Source of the DNA: an uncultured Pseudomonadota bacterium
Lineage (GTDB): Bacteria; Myxococcota_A; UBA796; CAJQPC01
Reading direction: 5' to 3'
Assembly (NCBI GenBank): GCA_913060515.1
Contig: CAJXRZ010000001.1
Location: 51,478 to 115,477, forward strand
Length of the DNA stretch: 64,000 nt
Part shown: in pieces, positions 35,423 through 45,259 of the stretch
How the letters are laid out: every line of letters starts with the position of its first letter
Numbering within the stretch: the stretch's first letter is position 1
Made by a program: the position numbers and the translations under genes
The notes under the pieces: model-generated
What the model saw: only the letters and a program-made list of their open reading frames with translations
Told to the model about the DNA's origin: nothing
Databases searched by the model: none

Positions 35423-37192
35423 GTGAACGCTAAACAGAACATCGGGCCCAGAGAGCGCTTTCGTGGCTGGATTGACGCTCCGCTCGTGGAGCTGGCGCCA
35501 GAGATGCGTCGGCTGGCGCGCACCCAGCAGCTGGGCGCCGTGATGGTTGCCCTGCTGACAATCGTGTGGATTCCCATCCTGGCCGTTCTGGGGGAGTACT
35601 TCTCGGCGATGGTCATCTCCTGCACGCTCGGGCTCGCGGTCGGCTCCGCGTTGCTGCTCTCCCGTCGGGGCAGACCCATTCTCTCTGGTCGGCTGATGAT
35701 GACCTCGCTGAGCATCGGATTGCTCTACAGCATCGCGATGCTGGGCGGCGTCAGTCGCGCAGGCGCAGGTTGGATCGTCATCATTCCGATGAGTGCCATC
35801 TTCTATCTGCCCATTGCCGAGCGGCACTGGTGGGCCATATTCGCGGGCTTTGGCATCTCAGGGATCTGGGTCCTCGAGGGCATGGGGTGGGTCCCTGAGA
35901 GCAGCTTGAATGCTCAGGCGGCCAGCTTCTTGGACGTGATCAGCCTGCTTCTGCTCGTGACCACCATCGCGATGGGATTGTGGGTGCGTGGCAGGAGCTG
36001 GCGCGAGGTGAACGAGACACTGGAGGCCACAAACCAGACCCTGCACCAGGAGGTCGCCGTCCGGCAAAGAGCCGAGGAAGAAGCCAGAGATGCGGTCGCA
36101 GCCCGTACCGGCTTTTTGGCCACCATATCCCATGAGATCCGCACGCCGCTCAACGGCGTCCTTGGCATCACCGAGGTCCTCTTGGACACCTCCTTGGACG
36201 AGGAGCAGCGGGAGCTTGCCGAGACGGTGAAGAGCTCCGGCAAGATGCTGCGCACCCTGCTGGATGATGTGCTGGACTACAGCAAGATCGACGCTGGCCG
36301 GGTGGATCTGGAGAGCATCGCGCTCTCGGTGCCGAACTTGGCCAACGGGGTGGCGGAGAACTGGAAGAAGCTGGCCGCGGACAAGGGGCTGGAGCTTGGG
36401 GTGGAGCTTGGAGCCGGCGTGCCGGAGTGGATCTACGGAGATCCAGTGCGCCTACAACAGGTCCTCAACAACCTGGTCTCGAACGCCTTGAAGTTCACCA
36501 AGGCGGGCCACATCAGCGTTCAGCTCGGGCGAGAGGGCGAGCGCCTGCACCTTCGGGTTCAGGACACGGGGGTTGGCATGGACGCCGAGGCCCAGAAACG
36601 CATCTTCCAAGCCTTCCGTCAGGCGGACTCCAGCGTCACCCGCAACTACGGCGGCACCGGCTTGGGCTTGGCCATCTCGCGTTCCTTGGCCTTGGCGATG
36701 GACGGGGAGCTGCGGGTGTCCTCCACCCCCGGACAAGGCTCCGTGTTCACCCTTGAGCTCCCCATTCGCGAGGCCGAGGCGCCCAGCGTGGCCGACCAGC
36801 TCCCCTTGGAGACTCTGGACCTGAGCGGGGTGCGCATCCTGGTCGCCGAAGACAACGTCGTAAACCAGGTCGTCGTCTCGCGGCTGCTGGAGTGCCTGGG
36901 CGTGCAGGTCACCCTCGCGGCGGACGGCCAAGCTTGCCTGGACGCTTGGGAAGGGTCCAATGTGGATCTGGTCCTGATGGACTGCCAGATGCCAGGCATG
37001 GACGGCTACCAAGCCACCGAGCGCTTGCGGAAGATTGGGGTGCGCACGCCCATCATCGCGCTGACAGCGAACAACATGCCAGGCGACCGGGTGCGCAGCC
37101 TTCAGGCAGGAATGGATGACCACTTGGGCAAGCCCATCCAGCCTGACGCGCTCAATGCCTGTCTGCAGCGCTGGCTAAGGCCCAGCGCCTGA
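35423..37192 (+). CDS. Multi-TM hybrid sensor histidine kinase/response regulator
   Basis: 5-6 N-terminal TM helices, SHEIRTPLNG H-box, HATPase, C-terminal receiver (ILVAEDN...DCQMPGMDG). Confidence 0.85.
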   Translation: MNAKQNIGPRERFRGWIDAPLVELAPEMRRLARTQQLGAVMVALLTIVWIPILAVLGEYFSAMVISCTLGLAVGSALLLSRRGRPILSGRLMMTSLSIGLLYSIAMLGGVSRAGAGWIVIIPMSAIFYLPIAERHWWAIFAGFGISGIWVLEGMGWVPESSLNAQAASFLDVISLLLLVTTIAMGLWVRGRSWREVNETLEATNQTLHQEVAVRQRAEEEARDAVAARTGFLATISHEIRTPLNGVLGITEVLLDTSLDEEQRELAETVKSSGKMLRTLLDDVLDYSKIDAGRVDLESIALSVPNLANGVAENWKKLAADKGLELGVELGAGVPEWIYGDPVRLQQVLNNLVSNALKFTKAGHISVQLGREGERLHLRVQDTGVGMDAEAQKRIFQAFRQADSSVTRNYGGTGLGLAISRSLALAMDGELRVSSTPGQGSVFTLELPIREAEAPSVADQLPLETLDLSGVRILVAEDNVVNQVVVSRLLECLGVQVTLAADGQACLDAWEGSNVDLVLMDCQMPGMDGYQATERLRKIGVRTPIIALTANNMPGDRVRSLQAGMDDHLGKPIQPDALNACLQRWLRPSA

Positions 37193-37226
37193 GAGCAGGC
37201 CCCATAGACTCAGCGTCTAAGGGGAC

Positions 37227-39044
37227 TCACTTCTTCTTGCGCTCGCCGCGAACCACGCTGCGCATGTTGGTCGCCAGAATCTTCTTGCGCAGACGGATGT
37301 TCTTTGGGGTGACCTCGACCAACTCGTCGTCGGCGATGTACTCCAGGGCCTGCTCCAGGGAGAACTGGATGGGCGGGGCCAAGATGAGCTTCTCGTCAGC
37401 ACCGGCAGAGCGGATGTTGTTGAGCTGCTTGGGCTTGGTGCCGTTGACGTTGATGTCGTTCTCACGGCTGTTCTGGCCGATGATCATGCCCTCGTAGACC
37501 TTGACCTGCACGCCCAAGAAGAGCTTGCCGCGGGGCTGCAGGTTGTACAGGGCGTAGGCGGTGGTATCGCCCTTGCGGTCGTTGACGATGCTGCCGTTCT
37601 TGCGAACGGGGATGTAGCCCGCGTGCTCGTCCCAGCCGTCGAAGAGGGTGTTGAGGATGCCCTGGCCTCGGGTGTGGCTCAGGTAGTCACCGCGCAGGCC
37701 GATGAGACCGCGTGCAGGGATGCGGTACTCCACCCGGACGCGGCCGGATCCGGCCATCTTCATCTCGGTCATGCGACCGCGGCGGAGGTTCATCTGCTCG
37801 GACACCACGCCCATGAACTCCTCGGGGAAGTCCAGCTGGGCCAGCTCGTAGGGCTCGGTGATGTTCCCGTCGGCGTCCTCTCGGAAGGCCACCTCGGGCT
37901 TGGAGACGACCATCTCAAAGCCCTCGCGGCGCATCTGCTCGATGAGGATGGCCAGCTGGAGCTCGCCGCGGCCAAAGACCTTGTAGGCCTCGCGGTCCTC
38001 GGCGGGCACCATGCGCAGGGCCACGTTGTGCAGCAGCTCCTTCTCCAGGCGCTCGCGGATCTGGCGGCCGGTCACCTTCTTGCCTTCCAGGCCCGAGAAG
38101 GGGCCGTCGTTGGCGGAGAAGGTCATGGAGATGGTGGGCTCGTCCACCTTGGTGCGGGGCAGGGGCTTGGGGTCCTCGACCGAGGTCAAGGTGTCGCCGA
38201 TCTCCAGCTCGGAGATGCCGGCCAGCGCGCAGATGTCGCCAGCAAAGACCTCGTCCACCTCAACGCGCGAGAGGCCGCGGTAGGTGTAGAGCTGGTTGAT
38301 GCGGACCTTCTTGTTCCCCTCCTCGCCGATGAGGAGCAGCTCTTGGCGCTTCTTGATGGAGCCGCCGTGGATGCGGCCAATGGCCAAGCGGCCCACGTAG
38401 TTGTCGTAGTCCAGGGAGAGGACCAGCATCTGTGGAGTGGCCTCGGAGTCTCCGGCGCCGTCGGGCACATCGGAGAGGATCAGGTCCAACAAGGGCTGCA
38501 GGGTGCCCTCGGTCACGTCCTGCTCCAGGCCGCAGTAGCCATCGCGGGCGCAGGCGAACACGATGGGGAACTCGATCTGGTCGTCTTCGGCGCCCAGGTC
38601 GATGAACAGGTCGTAGACCTCGTTGATGACTTCGTCGATGCGGGCATCGGGGCGGTCGATCTTGTTGATGCAGACCAGAATCTTCAGGTTGGCGTCCAGG
38701 GCCTTGCGCAGCACAAAGCGGGTCTGGGGCAGGGGGCCCTCGCTGGCGTCCACCAGGAGCAGAGCGGAGTCCACCATCTTCATGATCCGCTCAACCTCGC
38801 CACCAAAGTCGGCATGGCCGGGGGTGTCGACGATGTTGATCTTCACGCCCTTGTAGTGGATGGCCGTGTTCTTGGACATGATGGTGATGCCGCGCTCACG
38901 CTCCAGGTCCATGGAGTCCATCACGCGGTCGACGGTCTCCTCGTGGGCGGCGAAGGTGCCGGCCTGACCGAGCATTCCGTCCACGAGGGTGGTTTTGCCG
39001 TGGTCGACGTGGGCGATGATGGCGATGTTGCGCAAGCTGGACAT
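37227..39044 (-). CDS. typA: Translational GTPase TypA/BipA
   Basis: [25 protein letters not shown]..., EF-G-like domains. ATG 39044 with GGAG SD 7 nt upstream. Confidence 0.95.
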   Translation of the reverse strand: MSSLRNIAIIAHVDHGKTTLVDGMLGQAGTFAAHEETVDRVMDSMDLERERGITIMSKNTAIHYKGVKINIVDTPGHADFGGEVERIMKMVDSALLLVDASEGPLPQTRFVLRKALDANLKILVCINKIDRPDARIDEVINEVYDLFIDLGAEDDQIEFPIVFACARDGYCGLEQDVTEGTLQPLLDLILSDVPDGAGDSEATPQMLVLSLDYDNYVGRLAIGRIHGGSIKKRQELLLIGEEGNKKVRINQLYTYRGLSRVEVDEVFAGDICALAGISELEIGDTLTSVEDPKPLPRTKVDEPTISMTFSANDGPFSGLEGKKVTGRQIRERLEKELLHNVALRMVPAEDREAYKVFGRGELQLAILIEQMRREGFEMVVSKPEVAFREDADGNITEPYELAQLDFPEEFMGVVSEQMNLRRGRMTEMKMAGSGRVRVEYRIPARGLIGLRGDYLSHTRGQGILNTLFDGWDEHAGYIPVRKNGSIVNDRKGDTTAYALYNLQPRGKLFLGVQVKVYEGMIIGQNSRENDINVNGTKPKQLNNIRSAGADEKLILAPPIQFSLEQALEYIADDELVEVTPKNIRLRKKILATNMRSVVRGERKKK

Positions 39045-39111
39045 GTCTACTCCGAGGTCGCGCCAAATCACCCGGTCAGGGCCAAAGGTCAAGCGACAGC
39101 TGGGAGACGCC

Positions 39112-39495
39112 TTAGAGGTTCACGCCCTCACAGGGCAGCGCTACGGCCAGATCGAAGCAGCCATTAAAGGGGATCGCCGCCCACTCTTGGATTGCGGTGC
39201 AGTCGTTCCGCCAGGCGCGCTCGGGCGTTCGAAACAGCTGAACGAAGGGAAAATCTCCACCCCGCGCCAGCCAGTAGCCTGCAGCTTCGCGCTCAGGAGT
39301 CTGCAGCAAGACCGTCACCGCCTCCCCAGCCGCCACGTTGTCCAGCAGACACTGGATCGCCTCCGGCGGAGTCTCCTCGGGGCACTCAGGGAGCACCGCG
39401 GTTCCGCAGTCCACGAAGCGCTGCTCTTGGCTGCGCTCGAAGTCGTCCCGGATCTCCTGCATCGGCGCCGGAGCGCATGCCAGCAGGAGGAGCAT
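39112..39495 (-). CDS. Small hypothetical lipoprotein (127 aa), Cys-rich
   Basis: MLLLLACAPAPMQ lipobox. ATG 39495 overlaps the stop of the upstream gene (TGATG). Confidence 0.6.
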   Translation of the reverse strand: MLLLLACAPAPMQEIRDDFERSQEQRFVDCGTAVLPECPEETPPEAIQCLLDNVAAGEAVTVLLQTPEREAAGYWLARGGDFPFVQLFRTPERAWRNDCTAIQEWAAIPFNGCFDLAVALPCEGVNL

Positions 39496-40811
39496 CACAG
39501 GATGAAGGGGTAGTTGTAGGTCGCGGGCTCCGAGCCGTCCCACGGGGGGAACTGGATGGCCCGGATGGCGCCGCCCAGACAGGTGTCCAGGCTGCTGTTG
39601 GCGTAGGCGCCGCCGGCGATCTTCGCGCTGGTGGCCTTGCCTGTGGGCTGCACGGTGATGCGTACGGTGATGCGGCCACTGGGCAGGGAACCGGTCTCTT
39701 GGCGGTACTTGCCAAAGCAGGTCTTCACGCCCTTGTTGGACTTGAGCATGGTGTCGAGCACGGTGACGGGAACGCCCACGTTGGCGCTGCTTTTGGTGTT
39801 GGTGCTCTTGGGCTCCACCTTTGGAGAGACCTTGGGCTCAACCCGGGGCGTGGTCACGCGGGGCTCGGTCTTGGGCTCGGTCTTGGGCTCAGGCTCAACC
39901 TTGGGCTCGGTCTTGGGCTCGGTCTTGGGCTCAACCTTGGGCTCGGGATCCACGTTTGCGACCGCAGGCTCTGGATCCGTCTCGGGGTCTTCGACCGCGT
40001 CGGGGTCCACCTCTGGGTTCTCCGGAGGCTCGACCATGGGGAAGGCCGGCTTTTCAGGCTCGGTGTTCGCACTGGCCAGTGCAGGCTCGGTCTCTGCAGG
40101 CTGAAGCAGTCCCCCGAAGACCACGCCGCCCACGCACAACCCCGCCAGGAGGATGCCCAGGAACATGGCCAGGACCGGCTTGGCCGGCTTGCGGCCGCGA
40201 TCGCTGGTGATGAGGACCAAGAGGTTGGTCACGCTGGCCACGAGGGCCACGGCCAGACCGATAATCGTGGCCTCGACGCCCAGGTTGGCCGCCATCAGGC
40301 CCACGCCAACGATGGCAGCAAAGCAACCGGCCATGACCAGGATCAGGTCACCGCTCGGATCGTGTGCCTTGGGCTGTGCCAGGGGGACACCCACAACAGG
40401 GGCGGGCGCGGCCGCCATGGCCGGAGCCTGGCTGGGAGGACGTGGTGCCACCCGCGGAGGCGCCGCCTGACGCTGAGGCGTTGGGGGGCGAACATCTGCC
40501 CTGGGCATGGTCTGATCGCCGTGGGCCGGTGCGGGGCTCTTGACCACGGTCGGCGGCACGTACTCTTCTTGGACTGGCGCGGAGCCAGCCAGGGCACGGG
40601 CCCGCAGGTCCGCCTCTGAGGAGATCTGCGTGGAGTCGCCATCGTTGCGCACCGCGGGTGGCTGCGAGGCCACTGTGGGTCCGCCTACACCGGGGCGCCG
40701 GATGATGATGGTGTGCCCACACTTGCGGCAGGTCGCCTTGTTGACCTCCCGGCTGAGCTTGTGCTCGGGGATCTTGTAGGTAGCACCACAGTTATCACAA
40801 ACGACGCGCAT
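39495..40811 (-). CDS. AgmX/GltJ-like protein: N-terminal MJ0042-type zinc ribbon, TM helix, Pro/Glu/Lys-rich repeat linker, C-terminal AgmX/PglI (TonB-C-like) domain
   Basis: MRVVCDNCGATYKIPEHKL...ATCRKCGHTIII; TM LILVMAGCFAAIVGVGLMAA; (EPKTEPK)n; C-terminal ...CLGGAIRAIQFPPWDGSEPATYNYPFIL. ATG 40811 with GGAGG SD. Confidence 0.75.
   Translation of the reverse strand: MRVVCDNCGATYKIPEHKLSREVNKATCRKCGHTIIIRRPGVGGPTVASQPPAVRNDGDSTQISSEADLRARALAGSAPVQEEYVPPTVVKSPAPAHGDQTMPRADVRPPTPQRQAAPPRVAPRPPSQAPAMAAAPAPVVGVPLAQPKAHDPSGDLILVMAGCFAAIVGVGLMAANLGVEATIIGLAVALVASVTNLLVLITSDRGRKPAKPVLAMFLGILLAGLCVGGVVFGGLLQPAETEPALASANTEPEKPAFPMVEPPENPEVDPDAVEDPETDPEPAVANVDPEPKVEPKTEPKTEPKVEPEPKTEPKTEPRVTTPRVEPKVSPKVEPKSTNTKSSANVGVPVTVLDTMLKSNKGVKTCFGKYRQETGSLPSGRITVRITVQPTGKATSAKIAGGAYANSSLDTCLGGAIRAIQFPPWDGSEPATYNYPFIL
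39830..39950. repeat. Imperfect 12-nt tandem repeat (ggctcggtcttg)n encoding (EPKT) repeats inside the GltJ-like gene
   Basis: Visible direct repeats in the sequence. Coding low-complexity region, not CRISPR. Confidence 0.6.
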
Positions 40812-41005
40812 GCGCGGACCTCCGATTGGCACAAGGATGCCTGTACCAGCCCACCGGTGCCGATGGAGCGGGGGAAAGTAGGGGCTTTAGGGGGTCGCTG
40901 TCAACCACCAGACGGTCAAGGCTCTCTAAGAATCGTCCACAGGCAAGGACACTGAAGGGAAGCTAGGGGTTCCCGCCGGCTACTCGAAGGGCAGGCAAGT
41001 GTGGC

Positions 41006-41614
41006 CTACAGGAACTTCTCCACAGCCTTGCGGAACTCGATGTTGTAGCCAAGATCCGAGAGGTAGTCCTTGTCCCCGCTGTTCCAGACCAGCACGGGGC
41101 TGGCCTTGTAGCTCTCGATCCAGTTCTCGTACAAGCCGTCCAGGCGCTTGATGTAGCTGGCCGGAATCGCCTGCTCGCTGGCCCTTCCCCGCTGCTTGAT
41201 GCGTTGGCGAACCGTGCGCACATCGCAGCGCAGGTAGATCAGCAGGTCTGGGGGCTGCAGCGCCCGCTTCATGGTCTCGTAGAGCTCCATGTAGGTCTGG
41301 AAGTCCCGCTTCTTCATGAAGCGACCCCGGGCCAGGTTGGTCGCGAAGATCTCCGCATCCTCGTAGATCGTGCGGTCCATGACCATGGTCCCGTCCTGGT
41401 CGTTCAGATCCAGGTGCAGACGGAACTTGTGGGTCAGGAAGTACACCTGGCTGTGGAAGGCCCAGGCCCGCATGTCTTTGTAGAAGTCATCCAGGTAGGG
41501 GTTGTCCATGTAGGGCTCGTAGACCGGATCGAAGCCGTAGCGAGCGGTCAGGAATTGGGTCAACGAGGTCTTGCCAGCCCCAATGTTTCCTGCGATGGCG
41601 ATGAACTTCTTCAC
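41006..41614 (-). CDS. Deoxynucleoside kinase
   Basis: MKKFIAIAGNIGAGKTSLTQFL P-loop, dNK/dCK family architecture. Confidence 0.85.
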   Translation of the reverse strand: MKKFIAIAGNIGAGKTSLTQFLTARYGFDPVYEPYMDNPYLDDFYKDMRAWAFHSQVYFLTHKFRLHLDLNDQDGTMVMDRTIYEDAEIFATNLARGRFMKKRDFQTYMELYETMKRALQPPDLLIYLRCDVRTVRQRIKQRGRASEQAIPASYIKRLDGLYENWIESYKASPVLVWNSGDKDYLSDLGYNIEFRKAVEKFL

Positions 41615-41716
41615 GGCGCTCCAGACTCAGCTCGGTTCAGCCAGTTGGCTAACCAGCCTAGGCGCCCAAACCTGTCCGGGGATCCTGAAAAGCGCTTTCT
41701 CTGACTTACAGCGCGC

Positions 41717-44197
41717 TCAGCGGAAGGACAGGCTGCCCTGGTTGCCAAAGGCATCGATCACCGTCAGCGCGGTGGCCGTCGTCGGTACGCTGACCTCGAG
41801 TCCGCCCAGAGCCAGATCGACTTGCTCTTCGACCTCTCCGTTTTCGGTGTCCCAGATCAGGGTCACCGCACCAGCGATCCGACTCAAGCCATGTGAATCA
41901 CCCTGCAGGGACACCAAGCGCCATCCCTCCGCCGGCGAGGCCACGCTGGCGCTCAAGATGTCGCCATCCAAGCTGAGGAGCAGCTCCGTGGCCACCACCT
42001 CGAAGGGCGCCGACTCCAAGCGGTAGGGCGTTCCCGTCCACGGCCAGGTGGCATCGCCCCCGGCGTAGTGGTTGCCGTCCACGGCCAAGCGGTAGCTGCC
42101 TTCCGGCAGTCCGTGGCGGTCATGCACATGGCCGACGGCCTGCCATGCGGCCCACCACTGGTGCTTCTGCAGAGCATCGGCTGGGTAGAGGGGGTCGGGG
42201 GTGTAGGCCGTCAGGATGTCGGTCATGTTCGAGCTGATCGTGCGTCCGCTGTGGCTGGTCACCGGCTCCCATGTCCCGCCGTTGTCCCGCTCCAGGGTGA
42301 TCATCGGGCTGTCCGCGCCGGGGTCTCCGCCATTCCACGCGATCTGCACCACGCAGCCCACCCGCGGGCAGGTCTCGGGCACATCCAGCTCCAAGGTCTC
42401 AAAGCCATCGGGCAGCCACATGTACTCGGGCGCCTCGGTGATCCAGCTGCCCGCATCGGGGGTCAGGTCCGGCGCCAGCTCCGGCAGAGGCTTGTCCTCG
42501 TACTGGGTGGGGGCGAAGCTGCCGATGGGGTCCTGCGCTTCACGCTTTGGGGTGTCCACCACGTTCTCGGTCATGGTGAGCATCCCTTCCATCACGTGCT
42601 CGGCCTGCAGAGGGCCCCAGACGTTGATGTTGGGCTCGTAGCCGCCGATGATCCAGTCCTCGGGGATCAGGAAGTAGCCCTCGTGGTCCTGGGCGTAGCC
42701 AACCAAGAGGGGGAGCGGGATGCCCAGCTCAGCCTCGGAGCGTCGGCGCCACTGCTCGCCGTACATGGCGGTGGGTTCAGCCGGCACAAAGCCGATGAGC
42801 AGCGGGCGCTCCTCGGTCGTTCCGTCGGGCAGAACTTGGGGAATGTCTTCCCAGAGCGAGGTCGTGACGCCGGCCTCCATCGTGCTGGTGATGGGCAGCG
42901 GGAAGGTGTCGATGTCCATCTCGAAGACGTTGGCGATCAGACCCTTGAGCAGCTCCACCGACATGCAGGAGCTGTAGGGGAAGGTGTCGGACTGGGTCTC
43001 CACCTGAATGAGGGGATCCTCGCTGCCGCAGAAGGCCGCGCCGTTGGGGAAGTTCCACTCATCGAAGCTGGACTCCAGAGTGCCGTCGGCGTTGTAGAGC
43101 TCGCCGTCGGCCTGCCGGTTGCCGTAGGGCAGGTATTGCCAGTCGACGGTGCCGTCCCGCGTGACACGAATCTCCCCGGGTCCCTCCGGAATGTGTCGGC
43201 TGGCCGTCTCGGTGGTGATGGCCGCGCCCGAGGTCGGAGTGGCCTCGTAGCGGGGCATGAGCAGTGGTGCTGCCAGCTCGCCGATGCTCTCGTTGCGCGC
43301 CAGAGGGTGGTCGGTGCCAGCAGGGCTCGCATCCCCACCGCTTCCCTGAAGGTGCATCACCACGACGGGCTCATCGAATTGCTCTTCCAGGACCTGCTCC
43401 AGACCACCGGTGGAGTCGCGGCTCCACATGCTTGTGTCGCTGTCGCCGATGGTTCCGTGGATGCCAAAGGTCACCAGCATCGCGATGGGGCTGCCATCTT
43501 CGGCGGAGTCGACGCGCAGGATGTTGCCGTAGGGGTCCTTGAACTTGCCAGGCTCCCAGTCCGCCCAAGGCATCAGCTCGTCGTTGTCGCCGCGGCGGTC
43601 CCGGTAGACCACGTCGTCGGGGTCCCAGCCCTCGTTCCAGCTCATGCCCAGGGCTGCTGGCTCGCGGGTGTCGTAGGCCTCCATCGCCACCGAGGAGATG
43701 TCCTTGACGTAGCGCTCGAAGATCTCTCGGTTGAACTTGTCCCCGCCCAAGTAAAAGTGGATGTCGTCGCTGAAGTTGCCGGGCATGTGGTGGCTGTGAG
43801 AGGCGGTGAGCACCACCTTGCCGTCCAGATCCAGGCCCGTGGCGTCCCCCAGCTCCTGCTCCAAACGCTGCACCAGGCCGTCGAAGGCGTAGATGGCGTC
43901 GAACTTGACCAGCACCAGGTGGTCGTCTTCGGTGTCCAGCCAGAGCACCTTGGCCATGGGCGGAGTGATGATGCCAGTGGAGCGGTCAAAGGCCAGCGCG
44001 TACTGGCTCTTTCGCTTGTCCTGCTTGGAGCTGGAGCCCAGGATCTTGCAGCGGCTGGAGAATCCGCCCATCGGGGCGCCCACCGGGACCTCGATCAAGC
44101 CCTCGGCCGCGCCGGCCATGGGTGTGCCAGCCACCTTGTCGGGGTAGGTCACGGGGTCGGTGTCGCAGGCCATCAGCACAAGAAGGGCGATCATCAT
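41717..44197 (-). CDS. Large lipoprotein, neutral/alkaline ceramidase-like hydrolase (putative)
   Basis: MMIALLVLMACDTDP lipobox; ASHSHHMPG and GSGGDASP (compare ceramidase GDVSP motif). Function assignment is tentative. Confidence 0.6.
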   Translation of the reverse strand: MMIALLVLMACDTDPVTYPDKVAGTPMAGAAEGLIEVPVGAPMGGFSSRCKILGSSSKQDKRKSQYALAFDRSTGIITPPMAKVLWLDTEDDHLVLVKFDAIYAFDGLVQRLEQELGDATGLDLDGKVVLTASHSHHMPGNFSDDIHFYLGGDKFNREIFERYVKDISSVAMEAYDTREPAALGMSWNEGWDPDDVVYRDRRGDNDELMPWADWEPGKFKDPYGNILRVDSAEDGSPIAMLVTFGIHGTIGDSDTSMWSRDSTGGLEQVLEEQFDEPVVVMHLQGSGGDASPAGTDHPLARNESIGELAAPLLMPRYEATPTSGAAITTETASRHIPEGPGEIRVTRDGTVDWQYLPYGNRQADGELYNADGTLESSFDEWNFPNGAAFCGSEDPLIQVETQSDTFPYSSCMSVELLKGLIANVFEMDIDTFPLPITSTMEAGVTTSLWEDIPQVLPDGTTEERPLLIGFVPAEPTAMYGEQWRRRSEAELGIPLPLLVGYAQDHEGYFLIPEDWIIGGYEPNINVWGPLQAEHVMEGMLTMTENVVDTPKREAQDPIGSFAPTQYEDKPLPELAPDLTPDAGSWITEAPEYMWLPDGFETLELDVPETCPRVGCVVQIAWNGGDPGADSPMITLERDNGGTWEPVTSHSGRTISSNMTDILTAYTPDPLYPADALQKHQWWAAWQAVGHVHDRHGLPEGSYRLAVDGNHYAGGDATWPWTGTPYRLESAPFEVVATELLLSLDGDILSASVASPAEGWRLVSLQGDSHGLSRIAGAVTLIWDTENGEVEEQVDLALGGLEVSVPTTATALTVIDAFGNQGSLSFR

Positions 44198-44239
44198 CTC
44201 TCCAGTGCGGCGTTATACCCGGCTACGCGGAGTCCCCCA

Positions 44240-44584
44240 ATGTTGTTCCTGCTCATCGCCTGTGGTCCCGGTCTCCCTGAGCAGCTCTCGGCCGAGGATG
44301 TCTATGGGCGCTGGCTGGCGCCAGGGACGGAGATCGGACGGAGCATCACCTTCTCCCAGTACGAGCAGGACGGGTGGGCCCACGGCTACCAGCGCATCGA
44401 GGCGCCCCTGGATGCAGATCCGGAGACCGTGGAAGAAGGCAGCTATGTCTTGAACGACTTTGAGCTCTCCTTCAATCCGGAGACCGATGGGCGCAGCCCG
44501 AGCACGGCACAGGTCTTGGGCTTTGATGGGGAGATGCTGGTGCTCGAAGAGGGCGGCCTGAGCGTCAGCTACGAGCTTCAGTAG
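44240..44584 (+). CDS. Small hypothetical lipoprotein (114 aa)
   Basis: MLFLLIACGPGLPEQ. Real 3' part of antisense-spanning track ORF 42068..44584; GC3-rich only from 44240. Confidence 0.6.
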   Translation: MLFLLIACGPGLPEQLSAEDVYGRWLAPGTEIGRSITFSQYEQDGWAHGYQRIEAPLDADPETVEEGSYVLNDFELSFNPETDGRSPSTAQVLGFDGEMLVLEEGGLSVSYELQ

Positions 44585-44594
44585 CCTGAGCCCC

Positions 44595-45233
44595 TCAACC
44601 GCCCCAGACGCTGCTCGCCCACGCGGCGATCTGGTCGCCCAGCAGCACCTCAGGGATGATGTAGATGGCGTGCGCGATTGCGGTGGCGGCCATGCACTTG
44701 CGAAAGTCCACCTTGAAGGCTCCGAAAGCCATCTGAAGGGTGGGCGTCGTGAAGAAGAGCAGCTTGACCCCAAGGGTGGCCTTGAAGCTGTGCGCTTGGA
44801 TTTTGTTCATTCGAAGGGCGAAGCGGTCGGGTAGGCGCTCGGCCATCCAGTCCTCGCCGACCCAGTTGCCGAATGCGTAGCAGACGGCCGCCGCCGCCAT
44901 CGAGCCGGTCCAGGCGTAGAGGATGGCCTCCCCAGGACCCCAAACCAGGGTGGCCGCGATGATGAACACATGGGCCGAGATGTGCAGGGGTTGCAGCACG
45001 GCAAAGGCCAAGATGAAGAGCAGCCCGCCCCAAAGACCCGCGTCTTGCAGGGTGCCCTGTATGGCCACGGGGTCGATGCGCTCGTAGGCACCCGTGGCAA
45101 AGATGGTCACCGTGATGGCGACCAGGACCAGCACAGCAATCAGCTTGGGCCAGTGACTCTTTGGGGATGGGGTGCTCAAGGAGGGGTGACGTCCGTCTAG
45201 GACCTCATCTACACCGCTGGCTTGGCAAGTCAA
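44595..45233 (-). CDS. DedA/TVP38/TMEM64 family membrane protein
   Basis: Multi-TM protein with characteristic G-rich reentrant motifs (LQPLHISAHVFIIAATLVWG). Confidence 0.75.
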   Translation of the reverse strand: MTCQASGVDEVLDGRHPSLSTPSPKSHWPKLIAVLVLVAITVTIFATGAYERIDPVAIQGTLQDAGLWGGLLFILAFAVLQPLHISAHVFIIAATLVWGPGEAILYAWTGSMAAAAVCYAFGNWVGEDWMAERLPDRFALRMNKIQAHSFKATLGVKLLFFTTPTLQMAFGAFKVDFRKCMAATAIAHAIYIIPEVLLGDQIAAWASSVWGG

Positions 45234-45259
45234 CCGGGCAAGGCAGCTATCCCAGGCGT

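Noticed and set aside
37623-39167. 514-aa plus-strand ORF
   Set aside because: Antisense to the highly conserved typA gene, with repetitive composition.
41615-41716. Palindrome GAAAGCGCTTTC after the ceramidase-like gene as an intrinsic terminator
   Set aside because: Stem only 3-5 bp with no U-tract. More likely a protein-binding palindrome or chance; not called.
42068-44584. 838-aa plus-strand ORF
   Set aside because: Antisense to the ceramidase-like gene for more than 2 kb, with low-complexity G/A/V-rich composition. Only the terminal 114 codons have lipoprotein features and coding bias.
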